A stretch of 64,000 bases of DNA, taken from the NCBI GenBank assembly GCA_964582615.1, contig CAZORP010000004.1, positions 1,900-65,899 of the forward strand. The letters are read 5' to 3'. The first letter of the stretch is position 1. Each line of letters opens with the position of its first letter. Positions 9,854-17,790 of the stretch are shown here, one piece after another. Below the pieces are notes generated by a model. That model saw nothing but the letters and a program-made list of their open reading frames with translations, searched no databases and was not told the DNA's origin. Source of the DNA: an uncultured Gammaproteobacteria bacterium (GTDB lineage Bacteria > Patescibacteriota > Patescibacteriia > UBA9934). The position numbers were made by a program, and so were the translations under genes.

Positions 9854-10862
9854 ACGCTCTGAAGTACTCCATGTTTCCGGGATGCATTGTGCCTCCTGTG
9901 AAGATCTTCTTGAAGACACTTGTAAAGAAATTTTTGGAAATGTTGAAGTGAAGGCTGATTTTTCTAAAGGAATATTGGTTCTTGAAGGCGAAGATCTTGG
10001 TAGTCGATCCGAGCTTGTTGGTGCACTCACCGAACGTATTAGCGAACGAGGGTATCGTGTGAGTGAGGAAAAGCTCACTCGACCAAATGCTTTTCGGGAG
10101 TATGTTCTTGCTCTGCCTCCGGTTTTGGCTATTGTCTTTGGATTTTTCATGCTTCAGAACATGGGACTTGAGAGCATAGTTTCCTTTAGTGAAATGACGT
10201 ATGCTACATCTTTTCTTGTAGGTATCGTTGCTTCAGTTTCAACGTGTCTTGCTGTGGTTGGTGGCCTTGTTCTTTCACTTTCTGCGCACGTCGCGAAGCA
10301 ACAGGGAGCTTTGCGATCGCATGTACTTTTTCATCTTGGACGTCTTGGAGGATTCTTTGTGCTTGGGGGTTTTATTGGTCTTTTGGGCGGAGTTGTGCAT
10401 GTTAGCGCCGTTGCAACAGCGGGAATTACGCTTTTTGCAGCTTTTGTAATGGCGGTACTTGGCATAACATTGCTTGATATATTTCCTGGACTGCAAAAAA
10501 TGCAAATTCGCATACCCAAATCGATGGCAAAACGCGCGACATTATTGCCAGGGATTTCGAAAAACCTTGCGCCACTTCTTGCCGGTGTTGCGACATTTTT
10601 CTTGCCGTGTGGCTTTACGCAGTCCATGCAGGTTTATGCACTGACCACGGGAACATATTTTTCGGGTGGACTCACTATGTTGTTCTTTGCTCTTGGTACT
10701 TTTCCGGTTCTTGCCATGCTTTCATTTGGTGTCTTTGAACTTTCTCAGGCTTCTTGGAAGGGGGTTTTCTTCAAGGCTACAGGAATGCTTGTGTTGGTTT
10801 TTGCTGGATTTAACGCATGGAATGCAATTCGTACGCTGATATTTACATATTCATCTTTTTAA
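9846..10862 (+). CDS. HMA domain + DsbD_2/TauE-like membrane protein
   Basis: GMHCASC at the N-terminus; STCLAVVGG and FFLPCGFTQ. Confidence 0.88.
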   Translation: MSKRSEVLHVSGMHCASCEDLLEDTCKEIFGNVEVKADFSKGILVLEGEDLGSRSELVGALTERISERGYRVSEEKLTRPNAFREYVLALPPVLAIVFGFFMLQNMGLESIVSFSEMTYATSFLVGIVASVSTCLAVVGGLVLSLSAHVAKQQGALRSHVLFHLGRLGGFFVLGGFIGLLGGVVHVSAVATAGITLFAAFVMAVLGITLLDIFPGLQKMQIRIPKSMAKRATLLPGISKNLAPLLAGVATFFLPCGFTQSMQVYALTTGTYFSGGLTMLFFALGTFPVLAMLSFGVFELSQASWKGVFFKATGMLVLVFAGFNAWNAIRTLIFTYSSF

Positions 10863-10865
10863 CAT

Positions 10866-11276
10866 ATGCAACAAGATACAAAAATCGCTCTTGGATTTTG
10901 TGGAATATTTCTTGTGCTTATCATGATTTCGGTATACAGAGCCGCTCCAAAAAGTGATGTTTATTTTGCGAATAGCGAAGTTGTCTCTTGGAGGGAGGGT
11001 GTTCAGGTGATTACCATTTCAGCAAAGGGCGGGTACACTCCTTCAAAAGTTACCGCAAGAAGCGGGGTGCCAACGGAGCTTCATGTGGTGACCGATGCAA
11101 CGTATGATTGTTCTTCGGCGTTTGTTATTCCGAAGCTTGGTGTTGATACGTTGCTTCCTCCCTCGGGAACAACGGTTTTCTCCTTTTCAAAAGATCAAGC
11201 CGAGGGAGTGGTATCTGCACAGTGCGCCATGGGCATGTATCGGATGACGATAGATTTTCAGGATGCTGAAATGTAA
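10866..11276 (+). CDS. Cupredoxin-like (CupA-type) membrane-anchored protein
   Basis: N-terminal TM helix, GGYTP, DCSS, CAMGMY; lies in the copper operon. Confidence 0.85.
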   Translation: MQQDTKIALGFCGIFLVLIMISVYRAAPKSDVYFANSEVVSWREGVQVITISAKGGYTPSKVTARSGVPTELHVVTDATYDCSSAFVIPKLGVDTLLPPSGTTVFSFSKDQAEGVVSAQCAMGMYRMTIDFQDAEM

Positions 11277-11294
11277 ACATGGATGATATTTTGT

Positions 11295-11759
11295 ATGATA
11301 AAAGCTGTCGTTGCGTTGGTGTGTAATGATAAAAAAGAGCTTGCTTTGCAGCTGCGTTCTGCAAAGGATGATGCATATCCGCTACATTGGGATTTTTCTG
11401 CGGGCGGGGGAGTGCATGATGGAGAATTAGAGAAGGATGCTGTTTTGCGCGAAGTGCATGAAGAGCTTGGGGTTGTGCTTGAACTGAAGAAATTTGATGA
11501 ATTTTGTTATAAAGATGTTCAGTTAATGGTTCCGACATATACCTATAATCACGCAAACGCTGACGATCAGACGGGAGTTTTTTATGCTCAGTATCGCGGT
11601 GATTTCTCACCCTCGCAAAAGGAGGTTGAGAGTGTTCGGTTTGTTGATCGAGAAACGCTAAGAGACATGATTATGCGTGGTGAAAAATTTCATCCCGAAC
11701 TTTTCTTTTATGCGGAAAAGAGACTTTTGAAAAATCCGGTGATGTTGGATTTGTTGTAA
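11295..11759 (+). CDS. NUDIX hydrolase (IDI-like)
   Basis: LQLRS, WDFSAGGGVHDGE...AVLREVHEELG Nudix box. Confidence 0.88.
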   Translation: MIKAVVALVCNDKKELALQLRSAKDDAYPLHWDFSAGGGVHDGELEKDAVLREVHEELGVVLELKKFDEFCYKDVQLMVPTYTYNHANADDQTGVFYAQYRGDFSPSQKEVESVRFVDRETLRDMIMRGEKFHPELFFYAEKRLLKNPVMLDLL

Positions 11760-11868
11760 AAGAATGTTTTGATAAGTAAAAAACCACCCGACTGTCAAAG
11801 TCTCGTGTCGTATTGAGTATTAGAGGCTCCTATTGTTGAAGATATTTTCCCGCTACGGTGATATAGGG

Positions 11869-12148
11869 TTATGGCTGTAATATCTTTAAAATCTCTTCGT
11901 TTTCACGATCAAACCCGCCCGTTCTTGTAACGTAAGGAAGATGATACTTTTCGCACTCTTCCCGAATCCACGCTCCGTATGCAACAAAAAAGGCTGTAAC
12001 GGATTTGTAGGTTGCATCTGAAGCTCCATGTAGCCAGTCGAAGTGACTTGAATTTTTACGCGGCTTACCGTTGAAGGTTTTCATTCTTGGTAATAATCAC
12101 ACTGTACGAACCCCCCACGTGTGGAGCGCCACCAATGAGGTAGAACAT
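11869..12148 (-). pseudogene. Internally deleted P-loop kinase (2-phosphoglycerate kinase/AAA-like)
   Basis: ATG at 12148 gives MFYLIGGAPHVG (start of a Walker A loop) and then goes out of frame; 11869-12084 encodes a plausible C-terminal part (DWL...WIREECEKYHLPY). Confidence 0.55.
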
Positions 12149-12161
12149 AGGCTAGATGTAG

Positions 12162-12533
12162 TTATTCGCCAAATGTCACCACTTCGATATTGTTTCCATC
12201 CGGATCACGTACAAAGGCCGCGTAGTAGTTCTCGCCATACTCTAAGCGAACTCCAGGCTTCCCGTTGTCCGTTCCTCCGGTCGTGAGCGCCAATGCATGA
12301 AATGTATTCACGGCGATACGGCTAGACGCTGAAAATGCGATGTGAACACCATGACAGGCGGGATTTTCATTATCGCCTTGTGAAATCCAAAAGTGGGCGC
12401 GTTCAATACCAAATCCGCAGTAAATACCATCCTCACTGGCGACGACTTTGTAACCCAGAGGCGCCAAGGCTTGTTCGTAAAAAGTTTTACTACGAGAAAA
12501 ATTGCTTACATTGAGAGTGATGTGATCAAACAT
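12162..12533 (-). CDS. VOC/glyoxalase family protein
   Basis: FDHITLNV, HIAFSA, YYAAFVRDPDGNNIE. Confidence 0.93.
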   Translation of the reverse strand: MFDHITLNVSNFSRSKTFYEQALAPLGYKVVASEDGIYCGFGIERAHFWISQGDNENPACHGVHIAFSASSRIAVNTFHALALTTGGTDNGKPGVRLEYGENYYAAFVRDPDGNNIEVVTFGE

Positions 12534-12617
12534 AGGTGGCTAGTTTATTTTTAGTAAGTGCGTAAAGCAACTTTTTTATCTTGTAATACGCGTAATTTTT
12601 TAAAGAAAGATTGTCAC

Positions 12618-13421
12618 TTATTCTAAACGTTCAAAGAGTGCGTGTATGAGCTCGGGAATCTCTTGTTCGAATGGATTTGGATGTCGTTCGAGTGCGCGAA
12701 GTAGAACATATCGATCAAACGTTTCTCGATCACTCAGTATGTCTTTACCATACCCCTCCATGAGCGCGTTCATAAGTTCGACGTCTTTATGTAATCGGGT
12801 GCCAATTCCGTAAAGTCCTGGAAGGGTAATTCCGAACAAGCTCAAATCGTACATCGAATCTCCAGAAAAAATATGATCTGCCTTATCGAAGAGATGTATG
12901 CGATCATCTTGAATGAGGACGTTGTTTGCATGGAGATCGCCGTGAATCGGAACGTTTCTTTGAGCTGGGGGAATTTTTCTAAGTATCTCAACGGCGCGTT
13001 GAACGGTATCTTTGGATATTCCTTTTCGTTCTTGTTGCCGAGCTCGACCGTATTCGATTTGTTTTCTCATGAAGTCTGCCCACCCAATGACTCGTTTTTC
13101 TCCTTGAGCATCGATCCAAAATGGGGATTGATATTCTTGTGTATGGAGTGTTTTTAAAGCTCTTCCGAGTTGAATATATTGTTCCGGCGTTTCAGTATCG
13201 GCAAGAGTTTCTGCATTCTCAAGAAATGTGATAATGAGATCCGTTTGTTCTTCGTGTATTTCCATGTACGGCATTCCAAGCTGGTGCAACAACTCATGAA
13301 AAGCAATTTCATTTTTACGTTCTTGCGTATCGATGGATTTAACAATGACGGTTTTTCCGTCACGTTGTTCGGTTCGCAATTTTGATGAATAAGCCTTTTC
13401 AATCGCCTTGGCAGAATCCAT
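12618..13421 (-). CDS. Aminoglycoside phosphotransferase/choline kinase family protein
   Basis: HGDLHANNVL Brenner motif, followed by LFD and GDSMYDL. Confidence 0.85.
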   Translation of the reverse strand: MDSAKAIEKAYSSKLRTEQRDGKTVIVKSIDTQERKNEIAFHELLHQLGMPYMEIHEEQTDLIITFLENAETLADTETPEQYIQLGRALKTLHTQEYQSPFWIDAQGEKRVIGWADFMRKQIEYGRARQQERKGISKDTVQRAVEILRKIPPAQRNVPIHGDLHANNVLIQDDRIHLFDKADHIFSGDSMYDLSLFGITLPGLYGIGTRLHKDVELMNALMEGYGKDILSDRETFDRYVLLRALERHPNPFEQEIPELIHALFERLE

Positions 13422-13434
13422 ATTGCTTCAAATT

Positions 13435-14187
13435 TTAGCAGGATAAAGAGCTCTTGCGAAGAATGGCGATGAGATGAGGTTTTGCAAACCGACCAAAGAG
13501 ATGCACGGAAAGTTTCGATGCGAGATATGTGAGGTGATTGAACGAGGTGTATGAAGGATCTTCATTGAGCATGACGAATTCGGAAGAAAAACCAGCTTTA
13601 CCAGCCAAGCTGATGATGTCTTTTTCTGTATTAGCTCGATAATATACGCTAAAAGCATCCTCCTCTTCTCGACCATAAAAAAATTTTAACAATCGTCGAG
13701 CGATGCTGTTGGGGGTTAGTTGTCGAAGCTTGATGAGAAAACTCTCTTTATTCGGTGTCACAAATGCTAAAAAGCCACCGGGTTTAAGAACGCGGTATAG
13801 TTCCCTAAGGGATTCCTCGGGTTTTTCAAGGTGTTCAAATACCCACAAGGAAACGATGATATCCATACTTGCATCAGGGAGGGGGAGTCTCGATGTGTTG
13901 CTAGTGATAATACGGTCGCAAGTTATGTTACCTGTTACCGATTCTTGCGAAACGTCAAAGCCAATTTTTTCAGACCAAGAACCGTGTAATTCATCGATAA
14001 TAAAATTTCCTCGTCCGCAACCAAAGTCCAAAACAATGGACTTGCTGGTGATTCGTTCGCGAACGATGGTTGTCAACTTTACCATTGAGTCGTCCCATGC
14101 GGGATGTTCTTTTTTGTATTGACGTTTATATTTGAGTTGCCGCAATTCTTGAGATGTCAACTCTGAGTATTGTTGGATGTATGGCAT
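13435..14187 (-). CDS. Class I SAM-dependent methyltransferase
   Basis: VLDFGCGRG, LPLPDASMD, VFEHL, RVLKPGG. Confidence 0.92.
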   Translation of the reverse strand: MPYIQQYSELTSQELRQLKYKRQYKKEHPAWDDSMVKLTTIVRERITSKSIVLDFGCGRGNFIIDELHGSWSEKIGFDVSQESVTGNITCDRIITSNTSRLPLPDASMDIIVSLWVFEHLEKPEESLRELYRVLKPGGFLAFVTPNKESFLIKLRQLTPNSIARRLLKFFYGREEEDAFSVYYRANTEKDIISLAGKAGFSSEFVMLNEDPSYTSFNHLTYLASKLSVHLFGRFAKPHLIAILRKSSLSC

Positions 14188-14222
14188 GTGGGCAGTTTAC
14201 CTTCTTGTGAGGATGGGGGAGA

Positions 14223-14690
14223 TTATGACTCTTGTTTGGAATCGTCATACTCCATGAGATAGTGAGTGTCGGTTTCTTCGATTTCTCTAAAACCCATTTT
14301 TCGGTAAAGCTTCACCGCATTATTCTCCTTCAAGACCTGCAAGCGAGCTGGTCTATGTGTCTCTTTTGCTTTTACCAACACCTCTGCAAGCATGCTACTG
14401 CCAATGCCTTTGCCTTGAAAATTTGGCAGGAGAACAAGTTCGTGCAATGTAATTACATCGGGGGTTTCCTCCACTGAAGCATAGCCACACAGCTCTCCAT
14501 TAATGGAGAGAATTTGGTAACGAGAACTGTTCCAAGATTTTGCAAAAAAATCATCTTGAAGCCGCTCATCCCAAGAACCGAATTGTCGCACCACGACATC
14601 GCGATATGCCTGATGGTGAGTTTTGCGAGCGAATTCGAAATCATCCTCTCCTGCCGGTCTTCGTTCAATAACGTTTTTTTCTACAGATCT
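14223..14690 (-). pseudogene. GNAT acetyltransferase with a disrupted 5' end
   Basis: FQGKGIGS and NNAVKLYRKMGF motifs; GNAT-like frame continues upstream of 14594 (VIERRPAGEDDFEF) but reaches a TGA before any ATG. Confidence 0.6.
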
Positions 14691-14878
14691 GTATCGAACT
14701 CATGAGGGGTTTTCATAGTGAAGAAAGTGTATCCAAAATTCTGCATAAGTTCTATCGTTTTTCGCGAAGCACGGTTATTCTCAGCTGTAATGCCGGTTGA
14801 TTGTGTCGCTCTTGCTGACGACGATAGCAGTCGCGAATCTTCACGTTCGATGTATATCGAGCAGTGAGGTGGTAATTA

Positions 14879-15823
14879 TCATACCGACTGTGACTGTAGC
14901 AATTTCAGAATCTGTTTCCTCTGATGAATTGGCACCCGAATCCATACCGAGGTGGATTCAGCGACATTCGAAAAGAGCGGTTCAAGTACGCCATGTAACC
15001 ACTCTGAATCATCTGAGTAAAGCAAAGATGACTTCGATGTGATATCGGGAATATTCACCAGGCATCGCTTGTTCCCAAATTCAGACCAGTAGGCGTCGAT
15101 GGCTTCTTTGTAGTGACCTAGAAACGCAACTGGATCTTCGCTAATTTCAAGTTGCGAAAACACGAAGGTCTTATCATTGAAATAATTCTCCATGATCTTC
15201 GTGTCATTTCGGAGCGTCTCATCAAAGTGCTCGCGCATGCCAGCTGCACATTCTTCGAAATAGCGTCGCTCCCAGCCGCCCGACATCGTGACGTGCGGTG
15301 CTAATTCCTTAAATGCCGAAAGATCACGATCGTTCGTCTCTGACGACGTAAAGTTCAAAGTGTTCTGAAGAATTGCCAATGCAAGAACATTGGCACTCGT
15401 CGACGAAATTTTCTCATCGAAACCCCGCTTCTTGAACTCTTCCCAAATCAAGGTACCAGCGGCACCGACGCGTTCAATATGTGAGTGATCGCCGAGCCGT
15501 TCCTTCCAATACTCTTCGTAACCGTAGTGATGATCGTAAATCTCACAGATCTTTGATTCGTCCTCATTGGGAAAAGCAAAATGCTCTGGACCCGAAAGAT
15601 CGACGTAGACAAAACGATCTTCTGTAGTCGGCACATATTCCGTGAGGTAATCGCCTCCCTGTTCAAGAGCTAGTTTTGTAACAGAATGATTAAGCGGACC
15701 AATAAAAACAGCCACCGCATCCTTTCCTTCTTTCTGAAGGAGCTCGGCGTAGGCGATAGCACAACCAAAGGCGTCGATGTCATTAAAAGCCTTTCCGGCG
15801 GATACAATGTACATACTAGCCAC
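14879..15823 (-). CDS. DHH-family phosphoesterase (PpaC/PPX1-like pyrophosphatase)
   Basis: DIDAFGCAIAYA, YDHH, VGAAGTLIWE, ILQNTLNF. Confidence 0.85.
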   Translation of the reverse strand: MASMYIVSAGKAFNDIDAFGCAIAYAELLQKEGKDAVAVFIGPLNHSVTKLALEQGGDYLTEYVPTTEDRFVYVDLSGPEHFAFPNEDESKICEIYDHHYGYEEYWKERLGDHSHIERVGAAGTLIWEEFKKRGFDEKISSTSANVLALAILQNTLNFTSSETNDRDLSAFKELAPHVTMSGGWERRYFEECAAGMREHFDETLRNDTKIMENYFNDKTFVFSQLEISEDPVAFLGHYKEAIDAYWSEFGNKRCLVNIPDITSKSSLLYSDDSEWLHGVLEPLFSNVAESTSVWIRVPIHQRKQILKLLQSQSV

Positions 15824-15861
15824 AGATTACCGCACATTTCCTGAACCGCAAAACTCTCAGT

Positions 15862-15953
15862 TATTGAAAAACCACCACTAAATGGTGACGGGTTTTCAGC
15901 AGTCGCTTTGGCTAGGAATCCTATAATAGTACCAAAGCGGCTCTTGGCGGGGC
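15862..15953 (-). repeat. att-like junction J2: degenerate tRNA-Trp 3' end + hairpin + terminator
   Basis: 15886-15917 is identical to 30033-30064 (32 bp); 15931-15948 is identical to 30114-30131 (18 bp); TGGCGGGGC at 15945. Confidence 0.9.
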
Positions 15954-15981
15954 TTAGTAAGCGAGGTTGGAACCTTGATGA

Positions 15982-16431
15982 TCAGCGAGTGATGTATCGA
16001 AGGATGCTGAATTTCGAAGTGGCGGTGTATACAGCCCCATTGTATAAAGCTTCGCCGTCGTTAAGCGTAAGTGTCTCGCGATAGCTATCGCCCTTCTCTC
16101 CAGCCTCCGCGTATTTGAGTGTCAAAATTTCTTGATCGCTATCAGCTTGTCGAGACTCAATCTCCATGATTGAGTAAGAACGTTTTTCGCAATATTTATA
16201 GGCGCTACCGAAACCGGGTGAAGGTTCTGCTTCGGTAACTTCACGACGACATCCTGGGTCTATAGTGACTTTTGTAACAGATTGCGGATAGACGTGGACG
16301 TACGTGATTGCACTCGAAGCATCCTGGGTATGAACATACGAAGCTCGAGGCATCAACAGCCACACGAACACAATGAGTCCGGCGAGCGGCAGTACTCCTA
16401 TTACTGTCAATATTTGCAAGTGATGTTTCAT
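15982..16431 (-). CDS. Membrane-anchored hypothetical protein, sole gene of the 0.6 kb unit
   Basis: ATG at 16431 followed by a TM helix and a Cys pair. Confidence 0.65.
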   Translation of the reverse strand: MKHHLQILTVIGVLPLAGLIVFVWLLMPRASYVHTQDASSAITYVHVYPQSVTKVTIDPGCRREVTEAEPSPGFGSAYKYCEKRSYSIMEIESRQADSDQEILTLKYAEAGEKGDSYRETLTLNDGEALYNGAVYTATSKFSILRYITR

Positions 16432-16528
16432 ACCGGATGAAGCATAGCGGATTTTATCTCTTGCCACAATGCGGATTCGACTCAAAAGGCACCTCACACG
16501 CATGGGTTCGATCCTCTGATGGCATAAA

Positions 16529-16616
16529 CAAAAATCCCCGCTGAAATTAGCGGAGACTTTTGTGGCAGGGCACATGACTACTGAACTCAATTTTCAGAGG
16601 CTTTCAAAGGGTTTCA
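16529..16616 (-). repeat. att-like junction J4: arm + tRNA 3' end + terminator
   Basis: TGGCAGGGCAC at 16563 with arm CTGAACTC..TTCAG.GG.TTTC shared with J3; hairpin CAAAAATCCCCGCT-gaaatt-AGCGGAGACTTTTG. Confidence 0.8.
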
Positions 16617-16682
16617 GGAACTAGATACTGGGACGCAGGTACAATTAAATGGATAACTGTATATCGTATGTATTTTAAAAGC

Positions 16683-17525
16683 TCACTCATCTTGAATTAA
16701 ATGGTTGGAAAGATCCATGCTCCCCAATTTTTGGAGCATTGTTTGAAAATCTGTTACTGGATAGAGGAGGCTTATAAATGAAGAAGGAATTGCGGCGTTG
16801 TTGACGGCTGCTCGATCATCAAACCCACCCATAAAATGCAGAAATGCTTGTGTATCTTGTGCTTGAGGAGGAAGATCTTGCATTCTTAAGAGTAAAATTT
16901 TATTAGCGATAGGATTTATATCTGGTGCTGCTAAAATAAATCCCCATTGTGGCGGATTCGTGTTATATTTGAAAATTGATATGAATTGTTCTCCTGATGG
17001 CAGTTCTATTTCTTTCTGCAAGCTCTCTAAAGACTGCCAAGTTGCTATTAGTTTTATACCTTCCCGTTTATTTTCTCCAAGGTTAAAATTTACGACCGAA
17101 CGTTTATTTGTAGTTTTATGATAATCTTCTGCACATTTGACTTCTTCAAATTCGCAAACGCCTTTAATTGATATAGTAAAGAAATGGCCGTTAAGTCTTG
17201 GTAGTGGAACGGATTGTTTTTTGATCGTTGTGATTATTTGACCATCCATTGAAAGATGAGCCTCGCCAAAATAATGATGAGCGAATTTAATTCTACGCCT
17301 TGTAACTTTTGCGAAATCTTTTGTAAGACTTAAGTCAAATTTTTGCGGCATATGGGGAGGCATAATTACGAGGCTCCCCAGCCCTTCAGATTTTTTATAG
17401 TAGGGAAATGTTACATAAACACTACCATCTGAAGAATACAAAATATCAAAAATTTTAAAACACTTTCCTGATTGTGTAACTGTGATTACGTGTCTTTTTG
17501 ATCTTATGGGTGCGAGTATTGCCAT
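16683..17525 (-). CDS. AT-rich hypothetical protein, sole gene of the 1.1 kb unit
   Basis: 280-aa ORF starting immediately after the J3 terminator; codon usage visibly differs from the core genes. Confidence 0.75.
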   Translation of the reverse strand: MAILAPIRSKRHVITVTQSGKCFKIFDILYSSDGSVYVTFPYYKKSEGLGSLVIMPPHMPQKFDLSLTKDFAKVTRRRIKFAHHYFGEAHLSMDGQIITTIKKQSVPLPRLNGHFFTISIKGVCEFEEVKCAEDYHKTTNKRSVVNFNLGENKREGIKLIATWQSLESLQKEIELPSGEQFISIFKYNTNPPQWGFILAAPDINPIANKILLLRMQDLPPQAQDTQAFLHFMGGFDDRAAVNNAAIPSSFISLLYPVTDFQTMLQKLGSMDLSNHLIQDE

Positions 17526-17526
17526 A

Positions 17527-17720
17527 CAGTTGAAAAACCACCAGACATTGCTGGTGGGTTTTCAACTGCGGTCATAATGCACTTAACTGCCTTTGAGAGA
17601 CGCAGGTATCCGTGAGGATAATTAGCGTTGCCCTAGGTATTCAGGTATTTCGCACCATGACAGCGCTTGGCAGGGCACTCCGCTCCTGAACTCGTTTATT
17701 CAGGGGGTTTCGGAGGATTC
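17527..17720 (-). repeat. att-like junction J3: arm + tRNA 3' end + hairpin + terminator
   Basis: TGGCAGGGCAC at 17668; TTGAAAAACCACCAG..CTGGTGGGTTTTCAA resembles J1/J2; arm resembles J4. Confidence 0.85.
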
Positions 17721-17790
17721 TGACGGTATCAAGCGAGGGACTCCGGTCACGTAAACTGTTACAAAATGTTACATGTGACGGGTATGTTCA

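Noticed and set aside
14717-14878. Possible GNAT C-terminal fragment (ENNRASRKTIE) on the minus strand
   Set aside because: Too short and lacks a start; could be chance.
15940-15975. Second tRNA gene (GGTTCCAACC...CCCCGCCA on the minus strand)
   Set aside because: No D-arm, anticodon arm or 5' acceptor strand; only a 3' fragment is present.
11869-17525. Classical integron or CALIN (co-oriented small cargo genes)
   Set aside because: No IntI tyrosine recombinase and no RYYYAAC..GTTRRRY attC sites seen; the junctions match the tRNA end instead.
15862-17720. CRISPR array
   Set aside because: The repeats are 0.6-1.1 kb apart with genes between them, and no cas genes are present.
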